This document shows positions 46,746-60,264 of a DNA stretch of 64,000 nt, piece by piece. Position 1 is the stretch's first letter. Every line of letters begins with the position of its first letter. This DNA is from Podarcis pityusensis (lineage: Eukaryota). Location of the stretch: assembly GCA_964106645.2 (NCBI GenBank), contig OZ067041.1. One strand, 5' to 3'. Under the pieces are notes generated by a model. That model was not told the origin of the DNA and searched no databases. It saw only the letters and a list, made by a program, of their open reading frames with translations. The translations under genes and the position numbers were made by a program.

Positions 46746-47387
46746 CCGTATTTTTCCCTCTATAGGACGCACTTTTTCCCCTCCAAAAATGAAGGGGAAA
46801 TGTCTATGCGTCCTATGGAGCGAATGCAGGCTCCTTGGCTTCAGCGATAGCAATGCAAAGCCTCCGAAGCGCAGAGAGAGCGCTCCCTCCACACTCCGGA
46901 GGCTTCGCGTTGCTTTCGCTGAAGCCTGGAGAGCGAGAGGGGTCGGTGCGCACCGACACCTCTCGCTCTCCAGGCTTCAGGCAGCTATCCGCAAGCCTTC
47001 GGAGCGCGCCCCCAGCCCCGCAAGCTCCTGGAGTGGCGGCAAGGATGCGCGCAACCTTGCCGCCGCTCCTGGACCTGTTCTGGGGGCTGGGGTCGGGGGA
47101 AGCTCGAGTTTCCCCCGCTCCAGCCCCATGGCTAAAAACGAAGCGGGATCTATCCCGCTCGCTGTCTTGGCTTCTGCCAAAGCCACGCGCAGCCTTTCCC
47201 GCCTGGAGAGGTTGCGTGCGGCTAAAGAGGAAGCCAAAACAGCCACCGAGATGCATCCCGCTCGCTGTCTTGGCTTCTTTGCTCTTTGGGGCTGGGGGGG
47301 GGGGAATAAAATGTTTTTCTTTATTCCCCCCCCTAAAAACTAGGTGCGCCCTATGGTCCGGTGCGCCCTATGGAGCGAAAAATACGG
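46746..47387. mobile_element. Young pogo/Tigger-like non-autonomous element, CpG-rich
   Basis: TIR CCGTATTTTTCCCTCTATAGGACGCAC / GTGCGCCCTATGGAGCGAAAAATACGG, TA TSD. Confidence 0.88.
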
Positions 47388-47720
47388 TACCTCCAAAGGC
47401 TGCTAAACTGCAGGACCCTGCAGAGTAATACACACACATGAGAAGGAAGCAGCTGCTTGAAGCAGAACTGCAGCCCCGTCTTCATTTTTTTCAAAGAAGA
47501 GCAGTCGGAAAGCCTGAAGTGCCTATGGAAGGCATGTCAAAAGTCCGTTTCCGCCTGTTGGTTTAATCCAGTTTATTTCCTGAGGTAAAATCCTCAACAA
47601 TTTCAACCCTAAAAAAAGCTCAACAACTTCAATCCTACAAAAAAGGTTAACAACTTTGGTTGTCCCTTTGATCCCTGCAACCTTAACATCTCACTTCTTC
47701 CTCCCTCCTCTCCTTCAGCC

Positions 47721-47724
<4 letters not shown>

Positions 47725-47759
<35 letters not shown>
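47725..47759. repeat. (TG)n microsatellite
   Basis: Direct reading of the sequence. Confidence 0.95.
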
Positions 47760-47762
<3 letters not shown>

Positions 47763-48852
47763 GAAGCATTGTGTTTTCATAAAATAAACCCCCAGCCCCA
47801 ATCTGCCAGAACCTGAAGGAACAGCAGCAACAGGCAACAACCAACAACAACGCGATCATAGATGATCAGAGATGATGAAGAAAGGGTGTGGGTGTGTTAA
47901 AAATTGGGTTTTTTTAATTGGGGAGGGGGAATCCACCCTTCCAACTGGGGTTGTCTTTTTCAAAAAAACAAAACAAAGCAAACTTTCTGCAAGCTGCTAG
48001 GGACTGGCAAACTGACTGGCTGGGGAATAGCAAAAAGCTATTCACCACAACAAGCGGACAGCACTACCAAAAACAGATGTAGAAAGACAAACTGCAGTTG
48101 ATGGGCCCAAGGTTTCTCTGGCTAATCAGATCTGGAATCTTTCCAATACTGAATGGCTTCAGAAGACGTGGAAAATAATCCAGTGACTAGGCTCACAATG
48201 TATAGGAAGCAGCAATGAAATACTGTATGAGCAAGCTCTGGGGCCTAGCGGTGTGGTATTGTCACTCCACAGCTTTACAACATGCTCATGCGCAAGGCCT
48301 ACTTGGAAAATAAGTTCTACTTGGAAGCAAGGCCCTCAGATAGACAAATCTGGCAATTTTGGAGTTAGCCTCAGTTTTGCATTTTTTTTCAGGCTTAAGT
48401 TCAGTTTGCCACATTTCCACATCAGTTAGTGATTTAATTTTTTTGGGGGGGGGGGGGAGAGGTCCTTGTGAAAAGTTGTCAGCATCGCAGTGCACATCTT
48501 TCCTGCCATATACATTTTTGTATGCAATTTTGTCCGATCTACACACGTTTGCAAGCAACCTCTCCTTGCAGAGCTCTCCAGCTTTGTCCCACAACAACTG
48601 CCCAGGCGAAATCCTTACCCCCAGAAAGGAGGGGCGAAGTGAACATCATAGCCAATTGAAGCTGGAAGACAACAGACCCTTCCAACTCCGGAAAGTGGTC
48701 TGTGCTGCAAAGTCAGATTGCCTGCACATAATGCTTCATAACTTTCTTTCCCGAGGGTTACTTTTTTTTTTTTTTAAATGATCGCTCAGAGTCTGAGCTA
48801 TCATAAAGGTCTTTATGTGCTCTTGGCTGGTGGAAACAACACAACTAGAATA

Positions 48853-49453
48853 CAGTGCTACCTCGGGTACAAACACTTCGGGTTACAGACTCGGAAGCAG
48901 TACCTCAGGTTAAGAACTTTATCTCAGGGAAAAAACAATGCTGTCCAGGGTTGTAAAGACTGCAGAGAGAATAATTGGGTGCACTCTTCCCACCATAGAT
49001 CAAATCTATGCTGTCAGGTGCCGTAAGAAAGCTGCAGAGATAGCGCAGGATAGTACGCACCCCAGAAATGATCTCTTTCAGCTTCTGCCTTCTGGAAGAA
49101 GGTATAGGGTTATAAAGACCAGGACTAGCTGCCTGAGAAACAGTTTCTACGCAAATGCAGTTCTGGTTCTAAACACAGTATAAGGAGTCTCTATAGTATA
49201 TTGTATTTTAAAATGGGGTTTCAGAGCTTTTAGGGGTTTTTAAATGTCATATGTAGATTTTTCAATTTCAGTGTTCTGTATGGGACAATGACATTAAAGA
49301 TATCGTATCAGGATGAGAACAGAAATCGTGCAGGGGCAGGGAGGGGTGGCAGCGGGAGGCCCCATTAGCTAAAGTGGTACCTCAGGTTAAGAACGGTTTC
49401 AGGTTAAGAACGGACCTCCAGAATGAATTAAGTTCGTAACCAGAGGACCACTG
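48853..49453. mobile_element. Tc1/mariner MITE interrupted by Rex1
   Basis: The two halves match the 13943 family. Confidence 0.85.
48929..49307 (+). mobile_element. Rex1/Babar LINE 3' end
   Basis: LSRVVKTAERIIGCTLP...LLPSGRRYR; flanked by a TCAGG duplication. Confidence 0.88.
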
Positions 49454-51124
49454 TGCTAGAATTCATCAATGGCAATTCTTTGTTGCCATGTTTCAAAGGC
49501 ATCCTCTCAGTTAGCAATGTATACTAATCGTTTGAGGGCTTCTCAGCTGCAGCAGGGGTGGAGGGCCTAATTCTGTGCATCCTGTGCATGCCCATTAATC
49601 TTCCACTGATGACAGCTATGCTATTTATCCAGGGTTGAAGGCAGTATGCTTCTGAATAGAAACCAGGGGAGGGGAGAGTGCTCCGGTGCAGAAGTTCTGC
49701 ATCTGGTTGGCCACTGTGAGAATAGCACGTTCTTCTTATGTTCTTATGATAAGTGGTCCAACTTGGTATAAGGCAGCTTCCTATCTTCCTGTGTTCCAGA
49801 GTACATGCAAAAAGGAAAGGAAATGAAAGAAATCAATACAAACATGCTTTGCAGGCTCTGGAGAGGAAGGACAAATCTCATAAAGTTACAAGGGTGGCTG
49901 TTGCAGCTTTATCACCAAGAGTAAATATCTTGCGAGCCAAGATGGTGGTGTGACTGGAAAATAGCCAGAATACAAATGAAGACGTTGATAATGACTATAA
50001 GCAGTTCAGGTAGGAGTCTAAGAAGCTATCATTTTCCATTCTGCCCTGTACCTGTTGCATGCAGCAATGTTTCCATTCTGCTGCAGTTCGTCTTCCACCA
50101 AAAGTTACATTATTCATCTCGCTGTACACCGGGGCAAAATTATGTAACGTATGCAATGAATGGTGTAAGTTACATTGCGATCACGTTGTTCCACCCTGTC
50201 CATTTCAGCAAAAAGGAAATACGGTGCAATTGGGGAGGAAACGTAATCAGTTCTGTGTCGTTTGCAGCAGCGACAAGAGTGAATATGCTGGAATTATTTT
50301 TGTTCCTGAGAGGGGATGAATAAGCAAACACTGGCAATTTCCATTTCTGCCAGTATTCTCTGACATCCCTAGTAGGTGGAGGACCGTTAAAAACATTTTT
50401 CAACGCTGCTGTTTATCATCTGCTTTTCCTGCAATAATGCTGACAGTTTCTTCCACTCGGGGCCAAAGCAGACATGGGTCACTTCCAGACAACCTGTTTA
50501 TTTGTCCTGGCTCCCACTCAGACCACGACAACAGAGGCATTTACCTAAGACCAAGGAAGATATCTTTATCGAGGAGAGAATAGGTACAGGCTCAACAACA
50601 GGTAATGAGTCACTATGCTGAGGCTAGGTGACAGGAAGGGCAAGGCTATCCAGACTTGAAGCAGCAGTCCAAGCATAAACAGTCGAAGACAGGGCATTGG
50701 TTCAGGTCCTACCCTTTGGAGGAGAAAACAAACTAGCACCATCTTCCATGTGACTGTCGGCATGCAGAAGATCTCAAGGCCAGCTAGCTAGCCCCAGCTG
50801 GGTCGTCTCCTTCCAGCCGTCCCGCAGCGAAGACCCATCGGCCTCTGCTCAGCGACCCAGGCTTCAAAGCCAGGACACACTATATCAGCAGAGCAAACTG
50901 CACATACCGAATAGGTGTGAGGCTTGTGGAAGCATACTACAACTACAGATTTATTAATCATAAATCAGGACAAAGAAACATGTCCCCCCTCTCTCTCTCT
51001 TTGTCTTCTCGGAGAGACAGAGAAAAATAAAAGCTATTCACAAATGGAAGTTCCCAGCAGACTGTGCTGGAATGTAAACAGACATGTGACACGCAACAGT
51101 TCCATGAATTTTCCAACAGCGACA

Positions 51125-51495
51125 ACCCTTTAGATATTTGAAGATGGCTCTCATATCTTCTATTCTTTTCCAGGCTGAACATATCCAGCTCCTTCAATAG
51201 TTCCCTTCATCACCTTGGTCTCCCTCCTCTGCACATGTTTCAGCTTGTCAATATCCTTCTTAAATTGTGGCACCCAGAACTGGACACAGTATTCCAGGTG
51301 TGGTCTGGCCAAGGCAGAATAGGGCAGCCCTATTCATTCCCTTGATCTGGATGCTAGACTTCTGTTGATGTAGCCTAGAATTGAATTAAGTTGTTTTGTT
51401 TTTTTTTTTGCTGCTGCTGCTGTTGCTGCTGCACCCACACTGTTGACTCATGTTCAGCTTATGGTGTACTAAGACCCCCAGATCCTTTTCACATG
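51125..51495 (-). mobile_element. CR1 LINE RT fragment
   Basis: Minus strand cacctggaatactgtgtccagttctgg...aaggatattgacaagctg and [10 protein letters not shown]. Confidence 0.85.
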
Positions 51496-51524
51496 TACTT
51501 CGTATTTCACATGCAAACTATATA

Positions 51525-51766
51525 CAGTGGTACCTTGGGTTACATACGCTTCAGGTTACATACGCTTCAGGTTACAGACTCCGTTAACCCAGAAATAGTA
51601 CCTTGGGTTAAGAACTTTGCTTCGGGATAAGAACAGAATTCGTGCTCCAGCGGCATGGCGGCAGCAGAAGGCCCCATTAGCTAAATTGGTGCTTCAGGTT
51701 AAGAACAGTTTCAGGTTAAGAACGGACCTCTGGAACGAATTAAGTACTTAACCCGAGGTACCACTG
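51525..51766. mobile_element. Tc1/mariner-type MITE
   Basis: Same family as 13943; TA TSD. Confidence 0.9.
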
Positions 51767-53369
51767 TATTTCAGTGCAGACCAGTTCACACCTTTGGGTG
51801 AAAGCCATCAAATGATGAGACCTCTTTCCTACGTCCTTCCCAAAGGCCTGTGAATACAGATTCCAAGGCGAGGTCAAACAATTGATCTATATAACCGTCT
51901 GCCACCCATCACCCTAGCTGTTCATTTCTTGCGTTGTTCAATTGTCACAGAGCAATAGCGATACTGCTCTGTAAAACTGTCCACCACGACACCTAACTCT
52001 TACTCCTGTGTAATTGAAAAACCCTTTGGTGTGCATGAATGGTTCCTATGATTCCATCCAACTATCATTCACTTGCCTGTGCTTTCCCCTTTGTCAGACA
52101 CAGATGCCAACAGGGTGGTGACCTTCTTCCCCACCCCCACCCACCCCTTTCCAGGATTAGCTCGAAGGTGCTCTAGGTTTGCTCTGGTAGTCTGGTCCTC
52201 CACAAACACCAGTGGGTAAGGATCAAGGAGGTAGCAATTTCCATCTCGTGCCCATTGCAAGCAGCCTTGTTTCCGTTCTGCTACAGTTTTGCTTCTGCTA
52301 AAACCTATGTGATTTGTCTCACTATCCGCTATTGCCAAAAGTAACATAATGAACTATCTAATTCATGTCAATGCATCTTTTATGGAGGAGAAACATAAAC
52401 AAAGCAGAAAATAACTTGGCGAATACTGCTTGTTGTACAATAATATCTCTAGTGTACTAGTGTCGGAAATAACATTTTCTGCCTAGTTCTTTGCTCAGGG
52501 GATTTTAAGAGAAGAAGAAGAATTTATTGCTGTGACCATTTCTCCTGCCTTTTTCTGTTTCATTTTCTTTTCAAAAGTCCCAAAGGATATGATGCTCAAA
52601 GCAGAGCTGAGACATCAGATATCTGCTTTTTTAAAAAAGAAAAGCAAAAGCAAAAACCTTACACTGAGTCCAGCCTGTTTGGCTGTACTCCTCAAGCATT
52701 GGTATGAATTATACTCCAGTTTAGCAGGAATTTAATAACAGTATTCAGCAATCTCAACAGGTTATCAAAAGCGTTAGGAACGAGCGCTTCACTTTGTTTG
52801 AAGCTCAAGTCAAACATTAATTAATTCCCTAGGAAGAGAGTCGTCCGTAGCTGCAGCCGGGCCTGTTATGCTCTGTGCACACTCAATGCGAATTCTCTAC
52901 TAGGGGAAAAAGAAAAAGAAATAACACCAATGGCAACGGTATGCAAACGAGGCGTAATTTAGTCCATTTGCAACAGATTGCAACACTGACACTCTGGGGC
53001 CTTGTGTTTGCTGTCTGGTCTAAGAGCAAAGATACTGAAATGACCTTGGGGTTTTCCTGCTACACAAAGAGGTTCCAACGGTTTTCTCTGTTGTGCAAGG
53101 TGGAGGCAGGGCATCGATGGGAAGAATCAAAGCTAAAGAGACAACCCGCAAGCACCAGGGAGCTGTGCAAATCTCTCGGTCACATGGTAATCTGATGCCA
53201 GGGCAGAAAACAGAAGAGGGGTTTTTCTCTGCTACATGCCAAGACTGGGAACTTGTTTTGGAAGGCTGGGGCCAGAACTGCTGTCCAATTAGTCATCAAG
53301 AAGCAAAAAAACAAACAGTGCAATCCTATGCATCTTTCCTTTGAGCTCAGTGGGGCTAATGCTTTACAA

Positions 53370-54534
53370 CAGTGGTTTTCAACCAGTTTGCAGTGGCACC
53401 CTGAGGTGCCTTGAATGATGGTCAGGGGTGCCGTGGGCAACACTGGCCTCTGTCCTGTTCTAAACAAAATCTGCCCTTTCCCCCTTATGGGGTATCCAAG
53501 AGCCCATATAGAGTCCTTACGTAGGTTCCCTATTGGTAGGAGAAAATAACAGAGGCCAAACAGAGAATACTAAGAAGCAAAGCAGCTAGTAAGCCTGATC
53601 TTTATTGATCTGTTGCAACAGGATGCTCCCCTCACACGCAGAAAAGGAGGAGGACCTCAAACAATGGCACGCAAGCCTTATATAGACATTTTAAATTCCC
53701 TGCCCTGGAGCTCACGACCACCCCTCCATACATCATACATACATCACAGAAAATGTGGTCTACAGCAGAAATCTGAGTGTGTTGTTCATCTCATCTGACA
53801 GGTTACCTGTTAACGCTCACTTGATTGGATACCCTGGGGAGCCTGGCCAGTCTTTTGTAATGATAAATACTTAGTTCCTGAGCCAGGTCACAGGCTCACC
53901 CTATTCAAACACAGACATACCCTTAAGACAGGATTTGTGAAGGAAAAGACAATGGGGAGGCTTTTCCATTTTCCGTTGACCTTACAGAGAAAACATTTGG
54001 TCAGTTTGGGAGTCAAAAATGGTTTCAGGTCGGTCTTCCTGTGCTGATCTAGGTACATGCTTGGTTGGTACATTTATGAACATTTATTATATATCTAAGA
54101 CTTTAAAATTCTTATCACGGTCCCTCTTTCCTTCCCTCCCTCCTCTGATGCCCTCTCACGTCTCTGCCTCCCAAAGGCTTGCACAGCTGTTTGTTGCAGC
54201 AGCCCTGGCTACAAGCTCCGCGGGTGAATGGTGCCTCTGGTGAATGGCTGGCTGAGGGGGTGCTTCCCAGGCCCCTGTGGGGCAGCGTGAGGAGGCACCT
54301 CTCTTTAAGGAAGGGGGGCAGCTCAGAGACCAGAGCAGCAGAGGACTCCCAAGGGAGAGGGGTGCGGAGGCTGAGGGAACACTCCACAGGGGAGGGTGTT
54401 CGAAAAATGGTGAGGGGCTGCCAGCTCTGCAGGCAAAGGGTGACATAATTGGGCTTCTGAACCCCACAGGGGTACCACAGAAAGAATGTAGTTGGTCAAG
54501 GGAGCCGTTGACCCAAAAAGGTTGAAAACCCCTG
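53370..54534. mobile_element. Non-autonomous hAT element with a nested solo-LTR-like insert (~53456-54117, minus strand)
   Basis: TIR CAGTGGTTTTCAACC / GGTTGAAAACCCCTG, near-TSD ctttacaa/tcttacaa; insert has TG..CA ends, TATATAA and AATAAA on the minus strand. Confidence 0.7.
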
Positions 54535-54576
54535 TCTTACAAAGTAGGTTTGGGACTTTAACAAACTTTAAATGTA

Positions 54577-54790
54577 CAGTGGACACTCGGGTTGCGAACG
54601 TGATCTGTGTGGGATGCACGTTCGCAGCCCGCAGCAGCGGGTCTGCGCATGCGCAAAGTGCGATTTAGCGCTTCTGCGCATGCGCAACCCCCAAAACCCA
54701 GAAGTAACCCAATCCAGTACTTCTGGGTTTCGGCGGGTCCGTAACCCGAAAAAATGCAACCTGAAGCGTCTGTAACCCAAGGTATGACTG
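54577..54790. mobile_element. Tc1/mariner-type MITE, subfamily 2
   Basis: CAGTGGACACTCGGGTT...GGTATGACTG, TA TSD; copy at 56800-57044. Confidence 0.85.
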
Positions 54791-56799
54791 TATTAGGCTA
54801 TCTGCATTTATGTACATACTGTCCTGCAACGATTCCTCCCCCCCACTCCCAATTGGGCCTCCTCTCCACAAAGCTGAAGGAAGAATTGTGGTTTTATAAA
54901 AACCATATTGGCTGCAGAAAAGCATGATTAGCCCTTGAGAGAACTGCCTGAGATTGGATGCTTATATTGACGGCACCAATGCTGGAAATGTAACCCTTTT
55001 GCTGGGTTACTGGAAATTCGTTTTTCACAGTTAGCAAAACAGGGGCTTGTTTTACAGATCAGGCTTCTGATAACCAGGCAGCAGTGAGTGGCACAAAGAG
55101 CTAAAAATATAAATGGGGGGGGGGGGGAGATCTCCGTGGCAAATCTGCCAGTGCAACAGTGAATAAATAAATCAGACCTCATTAACTTGAGCAATCCTCC
55201 TTGAATTTAGGCAGATGGGGAACGTCAGCAGTAAAACTGCCCTTGACTTTTAACAGACTGCAAATCACTTTCAGGATAGATCTTGCAGGCTGACCTAGGA
55301 GAATATCAAGAAGGCTTCCAAAAGAGATATTGTTGACTCTTTTTCTGTGTGGCATACCTCTTAAACGAGTTACCAGCATGGCTGCCAACCAACTAATCAA
55401 AACCCAAGTTGTGGTAGTTAATTAAAAAATAAATAAAAAATGTGGTGATCTGTCAGGGAACAACGTAACTGAAGAAGATTACCCAGTCCTCGCTGCTGGT
55501 TGTGAAGGGGCCCCCCATAACAATTCAGGCTCCAGGGCCCCCCAAATGTAGGTCTGCCACTGGATTCATTATCTGGCATTCAAACAACTAATTGATTACC
55601 TGATTACATGGGGATACATTTGCATATTACCAAGAGAGTCCGAGTTGGAACAAACTGCATAGATATAAAAACATATGGCCATCCACAGGTTGAGAGATTT
55701 TGGCACCAGTAACAAGATATAATATTGGCCTCAGTATGATGACGTGTCTTACTGGAGTCCAATATGAGACGCTGACATTATGCACATCTGTAAATGGAAC
55801 AAGAATCCCTGCGCGAGTCAGCTTTCATGTATCAGCTTTGTCTCCAATAACTTCAACAACATTCCTGCACCTTAAAACCATAATAAGTCTTTCCATCTTT
55901 GTCCACACAAGAGTCTTTCCGCTGTCATCATATATCAAAATAATATCCCACAGTTCTTTTCTTATTACCTATGTATTTGGTGATTCGCACCCAGTACCGT
56001 ATCTTCTGTTCCCATTTCCTGTTGTATTTGGTGGTTTTCAACCCTGATTTAGCCATTTAGCCTATCTTTCTCTTGGATATGTTGCCCCCCCCCCATGTGG
56101 GAATCTTTTCCTGGTGGGTTTGTTGTGGGGCAGGAACATTCCATGACATGAGAAGTTTCTCCATTCTGCACAGTTCAGAGGCAAAAACTAGACATGGGGC
56201 AGACAACCCTTTGGTGCTTACAGGTCCTTCCCTAGCACTCCCTTTGCTGGGATTTGTGTCTTTAAAAAATACATATTATTGTCATCCAAGCCATTTTGGA
56301 CATATGCCTGTGCAAGATCTCCGCCTCTCAGCTGTCTCAAACCTGGCTCTCGTTCCCCCCAACACAGGCATCTAATAGTTGAGACCATATGCAAGATTTC
56401 ATCACTCCGATTCCTTGTTTTCAGAGATCGTCTGTTATTTGTCAGTATGCACTTCGCATCCATGAAAGCACTTTGCCGTAACACTTATTTTTTGCTTGAG
56501 TTTTGGCGGGGAGGGGGCGGGGTATTATATGGATGAAACCCTATGCATTGTGTACAAAAATGCCTTCGATATTAAATGTCACTTCTGCATAAATTACCAC
56601 AACAAACCTTATATAAGAGCAGAAGAAGAGCCCTGCGGGATCAGACCAAATGCCCATCAATCCTGCACCCTTTTCTCACACACAATGGGCAACAAGGCCA
56701 TAAAAAGGACATGAGTGCCTGAAATTTGCTGTTGCCAGTTTCTTATATGTTCACTCAAATGTCTCATTGAGTTCAATGAGGCTTGTTCCTAAGTGAGTA

Positions 56800-57044
56800 T
56801 AGTGGACGCTCGGGTTGCAAACGTCGTCCGTGTGGGAGGCACGTTTGCAACCCGCAGCGCCGCGTCTGCGCACGTGCGGGTTGTGATTTGGCGCTTCTGC
56901 GCATGCACAAAGCACGATTTAGTGTTGCAGCGCATGCGTAAGAGCTGAAACCCGGAAGTAACCTGTTCCAGTACTTCTGGGTTCGGCATGGTGCGCAACC
57001 CGAAAACGTGCAACCTGAAGCGTCTGCAAACCGAGGTATGACTG
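56800..57044. mobile_element. Tc1/mariner-type MITE, subfamily 2
   Basis: Matches 54577-54790. Confidence 0.85.
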
Positions 57045-57436
57045 TATAAGATTGTAACCTTCAAGCTGATAAATTTACCCCTTGCTGTGCTTACTGGTTA
57101 AAGAGTACTTGAAACAGTGAGTCCTAATCATTGGATCTTAGAGTTGGAAGAGACCCAGAGGATCATCTAGTCCAACCCTCTGCAATGCAGGAATCTCAGC
57201 TAAAGCAGCCATGACAGATGGCCATCCGGCCTCTGCTTAAAAACATCCAAGGAAGCAGGTTTGCAGTTTACTGTTTACAGGTTTACTGTTGCAATGTATT
57301 ATTATGGAAGGTAGGGAACCAAGTGGAAGTGGATATATGGATTAATTAAGCCCAATGGATGAATTAAACCAAAAACAAAGGTGTGATTTTTTTTGGTATG
57401 TGGTGTAACTGATGTGCAGCTATGAGATGTACTGAT

Positions 57437-57470
<34 letters not shown>

Positions 57471-57567
57471 ATTGCATACTAATTTAGCTTCTGGACTGGG
57501 TAGTCACATCCACGTGGCTCTGGGGGCAGATTTACTGTTAATGAATAGTGAAGAGGAGGCTGGAACT

Positions 57568-57916
57568 TAAAGGTAAAGGTAAAGGGACCCCTGACAATTA
57601 GGTCCAGTCGTGGACGACTCTGAGGTTGCGGCGCTCATCTTGCTTTATTGGCCGAGGGAGCCGGCGTACAGCTTCCAGGACATGTGGCCAGCATGACTAA
57701 GCCGCTTCTTAGAGCAGCTCACAGAAATGCTTTTTACCTTCCCGCCAGAGCGGTACCTATTTAGCTACTTGCACTTTGATGTGCTTTCGAACTGCTAGGT
57801 TGGCAGGAGCAGGGACCGAGCAACGGGAGCTTACCCCATCGCGGGGATTTGAACCGCCAACGTTCTGATCGGCAAGCCCTAGGCTCTGTGGTTTAACCCA
57901 CAGCACCACCCGCGTC
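57568..57916 (-). mobile_element. Sauria SINE
   Basis: (AAAGGT)n tail and reverse complement of the 40016 head. Confidence 0.92.
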
Positions 57917-58021
57917 AATGGAACAAATTAGAATAGTGAGAAATAATAATAATAATTCATGAGCATCACACTGACTAACCATTAGCACAATCTGAAAAAT
58001 GCGGTGCATTTTGATAACTAG

Positions 58022-58143
58022 CGTTCTCGAAGCTACCAGCATGAGTTTGACCAAACTGCGGGAGGCAGTGGAAGACAGGAGTGCCTGGCGTGCTCTGGTC
58101 CACGGGGTCATGAAGAGTCGGACACGACTAAACAACAACAACA
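58022..58143 (+). mobile_element. BovB extreme 3' fragment
   Basis: Matches 36440-36568. Confidence 0.9.
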
Positions 58144-58327
58144 AACCTTAATTTCCACAAGGACTAGAAACGCGTTCTGTTTTAGAATAAGAACATTGCA
58201 AAGGTTTGACATGGGCCCCATGCTTTGCCTTTGAACAGTAGTTCCCAACTGGTGGTCCGCAGACCCCCAGGGGGTCCACATTAAACCACCCAGGGGCTCC
58301 ATGGCACCATTCACATAACAAAAAACT

Positions 58328-58686
58328 TGTTGTTTAGTCGTTTAGTCATGTCCGACTCTTTGTGACCCCATGGACCATAGCACTCCAGGCACTCCTGTCT
58401 TCCACTGCCTCCCGCAGTTTGGTCAGACTCATGCTGGTAGCTTCGAGAACACTGTCCAACCATCTCATCCTCTGTCCTCCCCTTCTTCTTGTGCCCTCCA
58501 TCTTTCCCAACATCAGGGTCTTTTCCAGGGAGTCTTCTCTTCTCATGAGGTGGCCAAAGTACTGGGGCCTCAGCTTCAGGATCTGTCCTTCCAGTGAGCA
58601 CTCAGGGCTGATTTCCTTAAGAATGGATACGTTTGATCTTCTTGCAGTCCATGGGACTCTCAAGAGTCTCCTCCAGCACCATAATT
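58328..58686 (-). mobile_element. BovB LINE, 5'-truncated, inserted in a hAT MITE (~58236-58790)
   Basis: BovB ORF C-terminus; 9-bp TSD CAAAAAACT (58319-58327 / 58687-58695). Confidence 0.93.
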
Positions 58687-60264
58687 CAAAAAACTACCAT
58701 AGATATTTCACAATTTTCAAAAGTAGGGAGCCCATGGCTTGGCTTTTGAAAAACAGGGAGTCCACATTACTCAGCTAGTTGGGAACCACTTTGATAAACT
58801 TGGAGCTGTGCAATGGGATGGTAGATTTGCTGATCTTCTGTCCGAATAACATGAATGGGGTTACACAGGAGAAAGTGGTTTGAAGATTGTGGCCAGCTTG
58901 AGGAAATGGGAGCGCCTTCATTAGCATAGGCACCAGACCTATGCTTATGAAGTTTATGATGTTGTTGAAGAAGATGATTGCTGCATCCAGCATTTTTTTA
59001 AATATAGTTTGGATCAGGCTTATAGGTTCAAATGTACCATTAAATACAGCATAATAGATTGCAGGACTTGGTTTCTTTTTTTCAGCAATGTCCTGTACAT
59101 GCTTCAGAGAACTGCGCTGTCAGCAGGATATAAGCTGGGCATGTATCCATGTTTTCCTTACTTTTAAAAGAGTCATTGACCTTACAAAGGCCTGTATCAA
59201 AATGCAAAGAACAAAAACGAGACCAGACGCTGCAGTATTTGGTGGAACTTCTTTCATCGTGCAGGAAAAAAAACCCAACAGGGCCGTACATCTCTCTGCA
59301 TTCATCAGAACAGTGATTGTGTATTTTGTGAATGTTCAGCAATTGGCTTTAATTAAAAAGTGCACGAGAAGGAATAAACTAGCCAAGCAGGCTGGTGGCA
59401 AGAACAACACAAAATACAAGGAGTGGGACGGGGCGGATTGGATCTACCTCTTTTCCCTTTGATTCCCTAGTATTTCTGCGGCATACCTCGGATACAAACA
59501 GGGTTTCCTAGGGGGTGGGGTATATCACATTGGGTAAAACCGGTGAAGTGTTTTAAGAGTGACAAAAGAGGTTTAATTGTTGCTGTCCTCTAAAAACCCC
59601 AGCATTTTCGATTCGTTTTGCTGGGCAAACTCTGAAGAAAAACACCATAGTCTCCAACTGCCCTGAAAATGATGGTACTGCCACGGAAACCCTTAAGCCA
59701 TCATGGCTTCTCACTTTGTAACACAGAGTCCCGAATTCCCTGGCGCTGAGGTGGTGACCTTGCAGGAGAAAGTGGTTTTGCTGGAGGTGGATCTGGGCAT
59801 CTGCATGGGGAGAAGAAGCTGCGCCTCAAGCCCAGACCAGCACCCCTTTTTTCATCTGAGGAATGTTGGAGGACACAAAAAGTTCTTCAAGCTTTCCTCA
59901 TAGAGTTCTTCTGGACTGTTGGACTGATGGGAGCTGGAGTTCAATACCATCTGAAGGGCACCATGTTGATGCCTATCTCTGACGTCATATTGTTGACTGA
60001 CCTCAAATCAGACCTGGCTCCAGAATTAGGCACTTGCCAAGGCCCAACCCCCTGGAAAGGGCCCACTGCTTAGCTTTGCTCCTCGCTGTTGTTGCCTGTT
60101 CATCTGCTGTCTCCGAGTGAGCAACTAGGGAGAGGAGCAAGAGCAGTAACTTCTGCCACCTTGCCACTACCCTCTGGTAGGTGTTGGAGATTGGGCCTAG
60201 AGGAACTTGGTGGGTGGGTTGTAGCAACGATGGCTAGGAGGTGCTGAAAAAACTGAGAACTGGA

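Noticed and set aside
46696-47428. 215-aa and 197-aa ORFs as a transposase
   Set aside because: No DDE or HTH motifs; they lie in the GC-rich interior of a non-autonomous element
55700-56180. Protein-coding exon
   Set aside because: Stops and frameshifts; more likely a decayed minus-strand L1-like fragment, too degraded to call firmly
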